Shown here: piece after piece, positions 1-9,894 of the stretch
Layout of the letters: each line of letters opens with the position of its first letter
How positions within the stretch are numbered: position 1 is the first letter of the stretch
DNA from: an uncultured Clostridia bacterium
GTDB lineage: Bacteria > Bacillota > Clostridia > Oscillospirales > Acutalibacteraceae
Direction of reading: 5' to 3'
DNA length: 64,000 nt
NCBI GenBank assembly: GCA_937920235.1
Contig: CALGUK010000049.1
Span: 3,151 to 67,150 of the forward strand
Translations under genes and position numbers: made by a program
The notes under the pieces: generated by a model
Told to the model about the DNA's origin: nothing
The model's database searches: none
What the model saw: the letters and a program-made list of their open reading frames with translations, nothing else

Positions 1-1
1 T

Positions 2-316
2 CTTGTGCTCTGTTCGGAAAAGATTGAGCCCATGGCACTTGTCCGTTGCTATCCGATCGGTGTTATTTCAATGATTGACGGCGGCCATGCGGATGATAAA
101 ATAATCGCAATACCCTTTGGCGATCCGACATATAACGAATACAAGGACATCAGTCAGCTTCCTAAGCATATATTTGACGAAATGATTCACTTTTTCAAGG
201 TCTATAAGATGCTTGAAAATAAGGATACAGCGATTGATGAGGCACAGGGTGTTCTTGCGGCTGTTGACATAATTGAAGACGCTATTGAAGGCTATAAAAA
301 AACATTTATAAAATAA
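2..316 (+). CDS. ppa: inorganic pyrophosphatase, C-terminal fragment (5' end outside window)
   Basis: Translation (DGGHADDKIIAIPFGDPTYNEYKDISQLPKHIFDEMIHFFKVYK) matches the C-terminal half of family I soluble pyrophosphatases. The frame is open to the window edge. Confidence 0.8.
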   Translation, partial: LVLCSEKIEPMALVRCYPIGVISMIDGGHADDKIIAIPFGDPTYNEYKDISQLPKHIFDEMIHFFKVYKMLENKDTAIDEAQGVLAAVDIIEDAIEGYKKTFIK

Positions 317-332
317 TTAAACATCGTAATCT

Positions 333-372
333 GCACTTCGTTTGAACAAAACGAGGTGCTTTTTTATTTTTT
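333..372 (+). terminator. rho-independent terminator after ppa
   Basis: Hairpin gcacttcg / cgaggtgc (one G-U pair) followed by a T-run directly after the stop codon. Confidence 0.7.
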
Positions 373-447
373 AATCTTTGTATATAGTCAACAAAAAGAA
401 AATAAAAATTTTGTAGAAAAATGCACAAATTTATTTTTGAGTTTCGG

Positions 448-476
448 TTGATTTTTTTATTTTCTTATTGTATAAT
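448..476 (+). promoter_or_regulatory. sigma-A type promoter of the dcw cluster
   Basis: TTGATT, a 17-nt spacer, then TGTATAAT (extended -10), about 90 nt upstream of mraZ. Confidence 0.5.
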
Positions 477-564
477 TAGTTCGTCGGGGAGGCAAAATAC
501 ATCCTGATTTTATGTAAAAGTGGAAATAGACAAAAAATAACTAAAATATAAGGAGTGAAAAATC

Positions 565-972
565 GTGTTTGTAAGCAATTATTATCATAATCTTGACGCT
601 AAAAACCGTTTGTTCATTCCTGTTCGTTTCCGCGACCAGCTTGGCGAAAGATTTTACATCATGCCGGGCCCCGAATCATCGTTGTTTGTGTATACGGAGA
701 AGGATTTTAACGAAATTGCAGAGCAGTACAGAAGCACTCATCGTGATCTCAAACAGCAGATGGACTTCTTCAGCAGTGTGAATGAAGCCTCGGTTGATAA
801 TCAGGGCAGAGTTACCCTGGATGTGCGTCACGTAAATCACGCAGGGCTCAAAAAAGAGGTTGCGATAATCGGTAGTGGTCGCAGAGTCGTTATTATGCCG
901 CTTGATAAATTTAAGCTTCCCGAGGTTGACGATACTCCGGCTATAGATTATACAACGGATATTGATTGGTAA
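565..972 (+). CDS. mraZ: transcriptional regulator MraZ
   Basis: 135 aa. N-terminus LDAKNRLFIPVRFR and a duplicated SpoVT/AbrB-like half are typical of MraZ. First gene of the dcw cluster, with a GGAG RBS and a GTG start. Confidence 0.92.
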   Translation: MFVSNYYHNLDAKNRLFIPVRFRDQLGERFYIMPGPESSLFVYTEKDFNEIAEQYRSTHRDLKQQMDFFSSVNEASVDNQGRVTLDVRHVNHAGLKKEVAIIGSGRRVVIMPLDKFKLPEVDDTPAIDYTTDIDW

Positions 973-977
973 TTGAG

Positions 978-1892
978 ATGGAATTTTCACATATATCGGT
1001 ATTGTTTGATGAGACGATTGAATCGCTGAATATAAAAAGCGACGGCTTGTATGTCGATTGTACCTGCGGCGGTGCAGGTCATTCCCGTGCCGTTCTTGAA
1101 AGACTTTCGGGCGGCAGGCTTGTCGCAATTGACCGCGACCCCGATGCAATAAGGGTAATTACGGAAAGAATAGGCGATAATCCTCAGACTGAAATTGTGA
1201 ATGATAATTTCAGTAATATAAAAAACATACTCAACGGCAGGCTGGCTGACGGAATTCTTGCTGATCTTGGTGTAAGTTCATTCCAGCTTGACAATCCCGA
1301 AAGGGGCTTTTCGTTTCATCACGATGCACCTCTCGATATGCGAATGAGTAAATCGGGGAAAAGTGCTTTTGATGTAGTTAACGGATACAGCGAATATGAT
1401 CTTGCAAATATAATCAGTCATTACGGTGAGGAAAAATTTGCAAGAAACATATCTAAAAACATTGTAAAATCGAGAAATCAAAAAAATATAGAAACCACAT
1501 TGGAACTTGCGGAAATAATAAAAAATTCGGTACCTGCAAAATATCGCCGTGACGGTCATCCGGCAAGAAAAACCTTTCAGGCGATAAGAATTGAAGTCAA
1601 CGATGAGCTTTCAATTCTTGCACAGGCTGTTGACGACATGTTTCACAGCCTTAAAGTCGGCGGAAGACTTTCCGTAATAACCTTCCATTCTCTTGAGGAT
1701 AGAACGGTTAAAGAAAAGTTCCGTGAATTTACGCAGGGATGTACCTGCCCCAAGGATTTTCCGATATGTGTCTGCGGAAAGACACCGGAGGGAAAAATAA
1801 TAAATAAGGGGTTATCAGCCGGAAAAAGTGAGCTTGATATGAATAACAGAAGCAGAAGTGCAAAGCTCAGAACTATTGAAAGGCTGAAATAA
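978..1892 (+). CDS. rsmH: 16S rRNA (cytosine1402-N4)-methyltransferase RsmH
   Basis: Contains the VDCTCGGAGHS and DLGVSSFQLD motifs of MraW/RsmH. The ATG at 978 is preferred over the TTG at 966, which overlaps the mraZ stop. Confidence 0.93.
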   Translation: MEFSHISVLFDETIESLNIKSDGLYVDCTCGGAGHSRAVLERLSGGRLVAIDRDPDAIRVITERIGDNPQTEIVNDNFSNIKNILNGRLADGILADLGVSSFQLDNPERGFSFHHDAPLDMRMSKSGKSAFDVVNGYSEYDLANIISHYGEEKFARNISKNIVKSRNQKNIETTLELAEIIKNSVPAKYRRDGHPARKTFQAIRIEVNDELSILAQAVDDMFHSLKVGGRLSVITFHSLEDRTVKEKFREFTQGCTCPKDFPICVCGKTPEGKIINKGLSAGKSELDMNNRSRSAKLRTIERLK

Positions 1893-1914
1893 ATCAAAGA
1901 AAAGGAAGAGAAAA

Positions 1915-2430
1915 TTGGCGCAACAGAACAGAAACACTCGTGCATATAATTACAATACCAATATAAGACCGGTTTCGTATAACGGTTCTGCTGCACCGAA
2001 GACAAAACCTGCACCGCAGAAAAGACCTCAGCTTGAGCTTGTAAAAAAGACGGCAAAAACCGCCGCTCAGGTGCGTCAGCAAACTGCGGCAGATACAAAA
2101 CGTGCAATAAAGGTCATGGTTATTGCCGTAGCGATTTTAATGTTTATGGCTATGGCAATTTACAGCAGAGTTCAGCTTGATGAAATTAACCGTGAAATCA
2201 GCGAGGTTGAGAATAAAATTGAGTTAGCTCAGAGCGACACCATAAAACTTAACAATGAGCTCAACTCTATAGTCTCCATAAACAATGTTGAAAATTATGC
2301 CATAAACGAGTTGGGAATGGTTAAGGTTCAGGATTATCAGGTTGTTTATATCGACCTGTCGGCAAATGATTATGTTGCAAAAGCAAACGGTAAGGAAACA
2401 GGTCTCTCATCGGTAATAAAAGAGGATTGA
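1915..2430 (+). CDS. ftsL: cell division protein FtsL-like (septum formation initiator)
   Basis: 171 aa with a basic disordered N-tail, a single TM helix (IKVMVIAVAILMFMAMAIY) and then a coiled coil. It occupies the canonical slot between rsmH and the class B PBP. TTG start with a GGAAGAG RBS. Confidence 0.75.
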   Translation: MAQQNRNTRAYNYNTNIRPVSYNGSAAPKTKPAPQKRPQLELVKKTAKTAAQVRQQTAADTKRAIKVMVIAVAILMFMAMAIYSRVQLDEINREISEVENKIELAQSDTIKLNNELNSIVSINNVENYAINELGMVKVQDYQVVYIDLSANDYVAKANGKETGLSSVIKED

Positions 2431-2535
2431 GAGTAATATATTCATATAGTAAACAAAGGAGAGTTGAGGCGGAATGTCATTAACTCTCGTTGTTTTATTA
2501 AAAAGCAAAATCAGTTTAAGGGATGTGACCGGGAA

Positions 2536-4758
2536 ATGAATAAAAAACCTACAAAAAAAATGGAAAGCCGATCAATGCAGGCATTTATCATTTTCTGCGC
2601 CGCATTGCTCTTGATAATAGGCAATCTGTTCTGGATCCAGATTGTCAAGGGTGAAGAATACAGACTCAAAGCAGAACGTAATCAGCTCAGTGATACGGTT
2701 ATCGCCGCAAACAGAGGAACGGTTTACGATTCAAATATGAAAGTGCTTGCACAGAGTGCTTCAGCATGGCTTGTTTATATTAATCCTTCAAAAATAAAGA
2801 CCGATGAGCAAAAACAGTTGCTTATTGACGGATTTGTAAAGCTTTTTGAGCTTGATGAAGAAACGGTTACCAAAAAGGTCAATCGCAGTGAAAGCGGTTA
2901 TGAAAAAATAATAGGACAAATCGATAACAGCCAGAAGGAAGAGCTTCAGAACTACATAAAGTCACACAGAGACCAGAAGCTTAATACAATTGTCGGAATA
3001 GACCCCGATACCAAACGCTATTATCCGCTCGGTTCTTTTGCCTCGACCGTAATAGGCTTTACGGGATCTGAGGATATAGGCAGATCGGGACTTGAATTGA
3101 AATATAACGATGCTCTGACGGGTGAGGCAGGCAGAAGAATTACGGCACAGAACGCACTCGCAGGCGATATGCCGAATGACTATGAGACAACTTATGATGC
3201 AGAGCAAGGATACAGCCTTGTGCTGACAATCGACGAGGTAATTCAGTATTATCTTGAACAACAGCTTGCGCAGGCTCTCAATGAAACTCAATCAAAATAT
3301 GCATACGGTATTGTTATGGATGTGAAAACAGGTGCTATTCTCGGTATGTCAACGATGCCCGATTACAACCTTAATGAGCCGTATAAAATCCATTCAGATT
3401 CTGTCATTGAAGAAATTGAGGCCATGGAGGATAAAACCGAAAAAGCACAGGCAGAGACCAATGCACTGTATTCACAGTGGAGGAACAGAACTATTTCCGA
3501 CTCCTATGAGCCCGGATCTGTTTTCAAGCTTTTTGTTGCGGCAGCTGCACTTGAAGAGGGTGCTATCACTCCGGAATCAACATATAATTGCACAAGCTCA
3601 ATTAAGGTTGCCAACTATACACAGCATTGCTTCAATCACAAGGCTCACGGAGTTCAGACAGTTGCAGAAGCATTGCCAAATTCCTGCAATACCTTCTTTA
3701 TTACCGTGGGACAGCGTATGGGCAAGGAAACCTTCTTCAAATACTTTGAAGCATTCGGATTTACCGAGACAACGGGAATTGATCTTCCGTCAGAAGCCGC
3801 ACCTGTTGCAGGCAAAACTTATTATAATATTGATAAAATGGGAATTGCGGAATTGTCCTCTGCCTCTTTCGGCCAGACATTCCAGGCAACACCCATTCAG
3901 ATGATAACAGCCGTAGCATCTCTCGGCAATGGCGGAAAACTTATGAAACCGTATGTTGTAGCCAAGGTTCTCGACGGTAAGGGCAATATAGTGTCAGAGA
4001 CGGAGCCGGTGGTTAAACGACAGGTAATCTCGAAGAAAACGGCAGAAATTATGACAGACCTTATGGAAGAAGTCGTAGTCTGGGGTACCGCAAAGAATGC
4101 TTATGTTGCAGGATATCATATAGCAGGAAAAACAGGTACGAGTGAAAAAATCGGTGCAAATGCGGCAGATCAGAGCATCGCATCCTTTGCAGGCTTTGCG
4201 CCGGCAGATGATCCGCAGATAGCCGTGTTTATAGCGGTTGACGAGCCTCAGTACTATGCAACGGGCGGTTCGGGTGCCGCACCTGTCGCAGGCAGAATAT
4301 TTGAAAATATTCTTGCTTATCTCAATGTTGATCCTCAGTACAGTGATGAAGAGCTTGCACAGGCAACTGTCACTGCACCGAATCTTATCGGTGAAAGTTT
4401 AGATAACGCAAGAGTGAAGGCAAGCGGATTTACCGTAAGGGTTGTCGGTGAGGGCGAAACAGTAGTATCACAAATGCCGTCGTCAAGTCAGTCAATGCCA
4501 AAGGGCGGTGTTATCGTTGTTTACACAGATGAAACCAGCGACAAGCAGACCGCAACAGTACCCGATCTTACTGGACTGACGCTGACTGAAGCCAACAGAG
4601 CGGCCGTCAATTCGGGATTTAATATAAAAATTGCAGGAACAACACAGGGCGCAGGGCAGGTACTCTCCTATAAACAGAGTATCGAAAAGGAAACTGTCGC
4701 CGAGGTCGGTTCGGTAATAACCGTATATTTCCGTTCAAGCGAAAATGTTACGGACTAA
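2536..4758 (+). CDS. class B penicillin-binding protein (FtsI/PBP2B/SpoVD family) with two PASTA domains
   Basis: Transpeptidase motifs SVFK, SCN and KTGT. Two C-terminal PASTA-like repeats (APNLIGESLDNA..., VPDLTGLTLTEA...). N-terminal TM anchor. ATG 2536 chosen; the ORF opens at 2464. Confidence 0.93.
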   Translation: MNKKPTKKMESRSMQAFIIFCAALLLIIGNLFWIQIVKGEEYRLKAERNQLSDTVIAANRGTVYDSNMKVLAQSASAWLVYINPSKIKTDEQKQLLIDGFVKLFELDEETVTKKVNRSESGYEKIIGQIDNSQKEELQNYIKSHRDQKLNTIVGIDPDTKRYYPLGSFASTVIGFTGSEDIGRSGLELKYNDALTGEAGRRITAQNALAGDMPNDYETTYDAEQGYSLVLTIDEVIQYYLEQQLAQALNETQSKYAYGIVMDVKTGAILGMSTMPDYNLNEPYKIHSDSVIEEIEAMEDKTEKAQAETNALYSQWRNRTISDSYEPGSVFKLFVAAAALEEGAITPESTYNCTSSIKVANYTQHCFNHKAHGVQTVAEALPNSCNTFFITVGQRMGKETFFKYFEAFGFTETTGIDLPSEAAPVAGKTYYNIDKMGIAELSSASFGQTFQATPIQMITAVASLGNGGKLMKPYVVAKVLDGKGNIVSETEPVVKRQVISKKTAEIMTDLMEEVVVWGTAKNAYVAGYHIAGKTGTSEKIGANAADQSIASFAGFAPADDPQIAVFIAVDEPQYYATGGSGAAPVAGRIFENILAYLNVDPQYSDEELAQATVTAPNLIGESLDNARVKASGFTVRVVGEGETVVSQMPSSSQSMPKGGVIVVYTDETSDKQTATVPDLTGLTLTEANRAAVNSGFNIKIAGTTQGAGQVLSYKQSIEKETVAEVGSVITVYFRSSENVTD

Positions 4759-4776
4759 ATAACAGAGGTAATCACA

Positions 4777-6204
4777 ATGAAACTTTCTTCTCTTCTCAGA
4801 GGTGTGGAAACACAGGATGTGTATGAGGAAAGGGAAGTTGAAAGAGTAACGGACAAGGACAGCGAAAATTTAAACAAGGCACTTTTTGTATGCGTTAACG
4901 GTAACAGATGTGACGGACACACACTTGCGCGTAAGGCGGTAGAAAACGGAGCGATTGCCGTTGTGACAGACAGAGACATCGGTCTTGAACAACAAATTGT
5001 TGTGAAAGACACAAGAGCTGCGTTTGCGCGTATTGCGGCAAACTTTTACGGCAATCCCGAGAAAAAAATAAAGGTTATAGGTATTACGGGAACAAACGGA
5101 AAAACCTCTACATGCCATATAATAAAGGGAGTGCTTGATTATCTCGGGCACAGCTGCGGACTGATCGGCACTGTGAAAAATGTGATGGGAACGGTTGAAT
5201 CTGAGTCGGTGCTGACCACTCCCGAACCGATGGAGCTGTATTCAATGCTATCCTCAATGGCGGAGTCCGGCTGTGAATATTGTGTAATGGAGGTTTCGTC
5301 GCAAGCGCTTGATCAAAAGCGAGTTGATGCGTTAAGGTTTTGCGCAGCCGCTGTTACAAATATTACTCCGGAACATCTTGATTACCATTTATCTATGGAA
5401 AATTACACTGATGCAAAGCTGAAAATTCAACATCTGTCAGATTATATATGTTATAATTCGGATGATGCGGTGCTTTCATCATCAAAGGACAAAATTGTCT
5501 GTAAAAATTATACATATTCAACCGTTTCGGACCGTGCCGATTTCACGGCGAAAAATATAGTATGCAACGAGAACGGTATAAGATACGAGTTTGTCGGTAC
5601 GGATTGCATAAGCAGAATTTCATCATCTCTGCCGGGAAGATTTTCGGTATATAATACTCTTTGTGCTGCATCGGTTCTGAAAATTCTCGGCTTTTCCGCG
5701 GATGAAATTTCAGACGGGATAAAGGAACAAGGCTCGGTTACGGGCAGAGCAGAAATTATTCCCGTACCGAAAAATATACTTGTAATGAGGGATTATGCCC
5801 ATACTCCCGACGGACTTGAGAATATTCTGAATGCCGCACGCGAGTTGACAAAAGGCAAACTCTTTGTTGTTTTCGGATGCGGAGGAGACCGGGATAAATC
5901 AAAGAGGGCAGAAATGGGCAGAATTGCCGGAGAGCTCTCCGATTATGCGGTTGTGACAAGCGATAATCCGAGGACGGAAAATCCTCTGCTTATAATAAAT
6001 GACATATTGTGCGGAATGGAAAAATCACGTTCTGCAATTGCCGTTATCGAAAATCGGCGACAGGCAATAGAATTTGCACTTAAAAAAGCAAGAAGAGGAG
6101 ATACAGTACTTCTTGCAGGCAAAGGCCACGAAACATATCAGATAATAGGGAATAAAAAAATTCCGTTTGACGAGAAGAAGATAACGGAAGAATTTTTTGG
6201 ATAG
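4777..6204 (+). CDS. murE: UDP-N-acetylmuramoyl-L-alanyl-D-glutamate--2,6-diaminopimelate ligase
   Basis: Mur ligase P-loop GITGTNGKTST and the DNPR motif typical of meso-DAP-adding MurE. Confidence 0.93.
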   Translation: MKLSSLLRGVETQDVYEEREVERVTDKDSENLNKALFVCVNGNRCDGHTLARKAVENGAIAVVTDRDIGLEQQIVVKDTRAAFARIAANFYGNPEKKIKVIGITGTNGKTSTCHIIKGVLDYLGHSCGLIGTVKNVMGTVESESVLTTPEPMELYSMLSSMAESGCEYCVMEVSSQALDQKRVDALRFCAAAVTNITPEHLDYHLSMENYTDAKLKIQHLSDYICYNSDDAVLSSSKDKIVCKNYTYSTVSDRADFTAKNIVCNENGIRYEFVGTDCISRISSSLPGRFSVYNTLCAASVLKILGFSADEISDGIKEQGSVTGRAEIIPVPKNILVMRDYAHTPDGLENILNAARELTKGKLFVVFGCGGDRDKSKRAEMGRIAGELSDYAVVTSDNPRTENPLLIINDILCGMEKSRSAIAVIENRRQAIEFALKKARRGDTVLLAGKGHETYQIIGNKKIPFDEKKITEEFFG

Positions 6205-6218
6205 ACCGGGAGATACAG

Positions 6219-7577
6219 ATGGATATTAAAGCATCGGAGATTGCAAAAGCGTTAGGAACAATTTGTGATTCGGAAAATATAATAAACCGTGTATCAATTG
6301 ACAGCAGAGATGTCGATGATAAAACGATATTTTTTGCTATCAAGGGAGAACGATTTGACGGACATGATTTTATACCGTCTGTTGTACAAAACGGTGTCGG
6401 TGTGATTGTCAGCCATAAAAAAACAGACTGTAATGTGCCCGTTATCTATGTGAAGGATACGAAAAAGGCACTTCTGGATTTTGCAAATTATTACCGAATG
6501 TCAATAGAAGGTCTTACGGTGGTGGGACTCACCGGAAGCGTCGGCAAAACCACAACAAAGGAAATGGTTGCCTGTGTCCTTGCACAAAACGGTGAAACGA
6601 TAAAAACAGAAGGTAATCTCAACAATGAAATCGGAGTGCCGAAAACACTTTTCCGACTTGAAAAATCAACAAAAAATGCCGTAGTGGAGATGGGTATGGA
6701 CGGTCCAGGGCAAATAACGGTTCTCTCGGAGTGTGCAAGACCAGATTGTGCGATTATAACTAATGTAGGTGTTTCGCATATTGAAAATCTCGGTTCAAGA
6801 GAGGGAATACTTCAGGCAAAGCTTGAAATTCTAAAGGGACTAAAAAAAGGGTCAACAATTTTCCTGAACGGCGATAACGATATGCTCAGTACGGTGAAAT
6901 CCGATGATTTCAGAATCGTATTTTTCGGAATTGAAAATAAAAATTGTCATATTCTGGCGAAGAATATAACAGAAATCGGCTTTTCTACAACTTTTACCGC
7001 TGTTTGCGGTGATGTAAGACAAAAAATTACAATTCCCACCGTCGGTATTCATAATGTTTACGATGCCCTTGCCGCCTTTGCTGTCGGTATGGAGTATAAA
7101 ATATCTCCGGAAAGAATTGCGACAGGACTTGCGGAATACACACCATCGGGTATGCGGCAGAATATAAAAGAAGCAGGCGCGATTACCGTAATTGAGGATT
7201 GCTATAACGCAAGCCCGGATTCACAAAAAGCAGGACTCAATTCTCTGTGTAAAATAGCTAAGGGCAGAAAAATTGCGGTTCTCGGTGATATGCTTGAATT
7301 GGGTAACTACAGCGAAACTGCTCACAGAAATGTGGGAGAATATGCGGCAGAATGTGATGTCGATGTGCTTTATACCTACGGCGAACAGTCACGGTATATG
7401 GCTGACAGTGCAAAAAAATCCGGTCTCTTGTCTGTAGAATCGTTCTGTGATAAAATTGAACTTATAAACACTCTTCTATGCGAGATAAAACCCGGTGATA
7501 CCGTTCTTTTTAAGGCGAGCCGCGGTATGAAGCTTGAAGAGGTTATTGAAAAGATATATGAAAAATGGGATGTATAA
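6219..7577 (+). CDS. murF: UDP-N-acetylmuramoyl-tripeptide--D-alanyl-D-alanine ligase
   Basis: Mur ligase P-loop GLTGSVGKTTTKEM, MurF-like length, and position after murE. Confidence 0.92.
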   Translation: MDIKASEIAKALGTICDSENIINRVSIDSRDVDDKTIFFAIKGERFDGHDFIPSVVQNGVGVIVSHKKTDCNVPVIYVKDTKKALLDFANYYRMSIEGLTVVGLTGSVGKTTTKEMVACVLAQNGETIKTEGNLNNEIGVPKTLFRLEKSTKNAVVEMGMDGPGQITVLSECARPDCAIITNVGVSHIENLGSREGILQAKLEILKGLKKGSTIFLNGDNDMLSTVKSDDFRIVFFGIENKNCHILAKNITEIGFSTTFTAVCGDVRQKITIPTVGIHNVYDALAAFAVGMEYKISPERIATGLAEYTPSGMRQNIKEAGAITVIEDCYNASPDSQKAGLNSLCKIAKGRKIAVLGDMLELGNYSETAHRNVGEYAAECDVDVLYTYGEQSRYMADSAKKSGLLSVESFCDKIELINTLLCEIKPGDTVLFKASRGMKLEEVIEKIYEKWDV

Positions 7578-7592
7578 TAAGGAGATGAAGTA

Positions 7593-8624
7593 ATGAATAT
7601 CTATGTGGCTCTCGGTGCAGTAGCAGTTTTAAGCTTTTTGATTTCATTTTTATCGGGATTTGTCCTTATTCCGTGGCTTCGCAAGTTGAAATTCGGGCAG
7701 ACTATTCTTGATATCGGCCCTGCCTGGCATAAGTCTAAGCAGGGAACTCCGATTATGGGCGGAATTATGTTTATTGTCAGCACCATCGTTTCAGTCGTTT
7801 GCGTGCTTGTTACAGATCACCTTATGGGCGGAAATCTTTTCGGCAGTGAGCATATTTTCCCCGAACAGCTCAAGGTTAAGCTTGTTGCAGGTATACTTCT
7901 CGCTGTTGGACTCGGACTTGTCGGATTTACGGACGATTATATCAAGGTGGTAAAAAAGAGAAATCTCGGACTTACTGAAATACAGAAAACCGCTTTACAG
8001 ATGATTATTATAATCGGATATCTTATAGCGCTGTATGCTAACGGACTTACCTATATGAAAATTCCTTTTGTAGGTGCAGTTGACCTTAAATGGTTTTTCT
8101 GGCTGTTCGGCATATGCGTGATTTACGGTGCCGTAAACGCTGTAAACTTTACTGACGGTGTTGACGGACTTTGTGCAGGTGTAACCTCCGTTACGGCAAT
8201 AGCATTCTGTATAGCGGCACTCATGACAAAATTTTTCGGTATAAGTATTCTTGCGGCAGCTCTCGCCGGCGGATGTATAGGTTATCTTATATGGAACTAC
8301 TATCCGTCAAAGGTTATGATGGGTGATACAGGCTCAATGTTCCTCGGCGGTATGGTCGTAGCTCTTGCTTATGCAATAGATTGTCCGATAATTCTTGTCC
8401 TTTTCGGAATAATATATGTTATTGAGGCTCTTTCAGATGTTATTCAGATAGGATATTTCAAGTTAACTCACGGAAAGCGTATATTTAAAATGGCTCCGAT
8501 TCATCATCACTTTGAGATGTGCGGGTGGAAAGAGCGTAAAATAGTTACAATATTTACTCTTGTAAATGCATTAGGCTGTGCAATAGGACTTGCACTTTAC
8601 TGGTATGGCGTAATCAACAGATAA
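7593..8624 (+). CDS. mraY: phospho-N-acetylmuramoyl-pentapeptide transferase
   Basis: Polytopic membrane protein with the MraY motifs NAVNFTDGVDGL and GDTGSMFLGG. Confidence 0.95.
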   Translation: MNIYVALGAVAVLSFLISFLSGFVLIPWLRKLKFGQTILDIGPAWHKSKQGTPIMGGIMFIVSTIVSVVCVLVTDHLMGGNLFGSEHIFPEQLKVKLVAGILLAVGLGLVGFTDDYIKVVKKRNLGLTEIQKTALQMIIIIGYLIALYANGLTYMKIPFVGAVDLKWFFWLFGICVIYGAVNAVNFTDGVDGLCAGVTSVTAIAFCIAALMTKFFGISILAAALAGGCIGYLIWNYYPSKVMMGDTGSMFLGGMVVALAYAIDCPIILVLFGIIYVIEALSDVIQIGYFKLTHGKRIFKMAPIHHHFEMCGWKERKIVTIFTLVNALGCAIGLALYWYGVINR

Positions 8625-8655
8625 CCATACAGAATTTTTTTCAGGCGGTGAGAAA

Positions 8656-9888
8656 ATGGCAACAAATAAAAATGTGAAAAAGAAGAATTCCGTGTTCAAC
8701 ACCTTTTTTGCAAGAGGCTCTATGGATATTCCTTTTTTCATAATACTGATGACCATCGTAACAGTAGGTCTTGTTATGCTGTTTTCCGCCAGCTATACTT
8801 ACAGCTATTACAACAGAAGCAGCAGTACGGAAATTTTTACAAGACAGATAATATATGCGGTAATCGGAATCGTTGTAATGCTTCTGGTTTCAAAGGTAAG
8901 ATATGAGTATTTCAGACTTGTAGCCATAATAGGTGTGGGAGTTTCATTGCTGCTTCTTGTCGTTGTTCTTTTTCTGCCTGATTCGGTTCAGCCGGATTTC
9001 TACCGTTGGATCGACCTGGGATTTATAACGTTTCAGCCGTCTGAAATTGCTAAAATAGGACTTATTCTTTTCCTTGCCTACAGACTTGAAGCGAATTATA
9101 AGGGCGTTACGGGAAGAGAGCCGAGTCAGATGACGGTTCTGAAAAAGCTTGACGAGAATACAAACGGAAGAATAGTCGTATATAAATCCTTCACAAGCGT
9201 AATATGCTACGGACTTTTGATTGTCCTGTTTGCAGGTCTTGTATATCTCGAAAATCATCTTTCCGGTGCAATACTTATGCTGGCTCTCGGAGTTGTAATG
9301 CTGTGGCTCGGAGAGGTTAAGGGCAGATGGTTTGCAGTCGGTTCGGTGGTCGTGGTAATTGCGGCAGTTGTTCTCATCTCCAATCCCGAAATCCTTAAAG
9401 AGTATGCAGGCGAAAGAATAACAGCATGGCTTGATAAGGAATACGACCCTCTCGGTGCACGTTGGCAGACCAACAACTCTCTCTATGCAATCGGCTCAGG
9501 AGGACTTCTCGGTGCCGGTCTCGGTCAGTCAAAGCAAAAGCATCTTTACGTTTCTGAACCGCAGAATGACTTTATTTTCTCAATCGTTTGTGAAGAATTA
9601 GGCTTTGTGGGAGCTGTTGTGATAATTCTTCTTTTCGTCCTTCTCGTATATCGCGGAATAAAAATTGCGATGAACGCAAAAGATCGCTTTGGTGCTCTTG
9701 TCGTTATGGGAATAGTTTTTCAGATAGGTATTCAGGTTGCTCTGAATATAGCGGTTGTCAGTGATTTACTGCCGAATACGGGCATCTCATTACCGTTTTT
9801 CTCAGCAGGAGGTACTTCCCTCGTAATTCTTCTTGCTGAAATGGGAATCGTTCTTTCCGTTTCAAGAAGCTCGAGAAAAAAGGAGTAA
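8656..9888 (+). CDS. ftsW: SEDS peptidoglycan polymerase FtsW/SpoVE
   Basis: About 10 TM helices, with FQPSEIAKI and SLPFFSAGGTS motifs of the FtsW/RodA/SpoVE family. Confidence 0.93.
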   Translation: MATNKNVKKKNSVFNTFFARGSMDIPFFIILMTIVTVGLVMLFSASYTYSYYNRSSSTEIFTRQIIYAVIGIVVMLLVSKVRYEYFRLVAIIGVGVSLLLLVVVLFLPDSVQPDFYRWIDLGFITFQPSEIAKIGLILFLAYRLEANYKGVTGREPSQMTVLKKLDENTNGRIVVYKSFTSVICYGLLIVLFAGLVYLENHLSGAILMLALGVVMLWLGEVKGRWFAVGSVVVVIAAVVLISNPEILKEYAGERITAWLDKEYDPLGARWQTNNSLYAIGSGGLLGAGLGQSKQKHLYVSEPQNDFIFSIVCEELGFVGAVVIILLFVLLVYRGIKIAMNAKDRFGALVVMGIVFQIGIQVALNIAVVSDLLPNTGISLPFFSAGGTSLVILLAEMGIVLSVSRSSRKKE

Positions 9889-9894
9889 CAGGAT

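Noticed and set aside
477-564. MraZ operator repeats (phased GTGG/TGGG boxes) in the mraZ leader.
   Set aside because: Only isolated AAGTGG (about 519) and GAGTGA (about 553) matches are present, 34 nt apart. I could not see a series of three or more boxes at about 10-nt phase.
676-1149. Long antisense ORFs opposite strong + strand genes. Examples are 676-1149, 11132-11764, 11825-12415, 22859-23341, 27323-27901, 38423-38854, 57036-57617 and 62494-63225.
   Set aside because: Each lies entirely within, and antisense to, a gene with unambiguous homology (mraZ/rsmH, murA, mutS2, rimM, ftsX, the LRR gene, metH). Their translations are low-complexity with no recognisable motifs. These are typical shadow ORFs.
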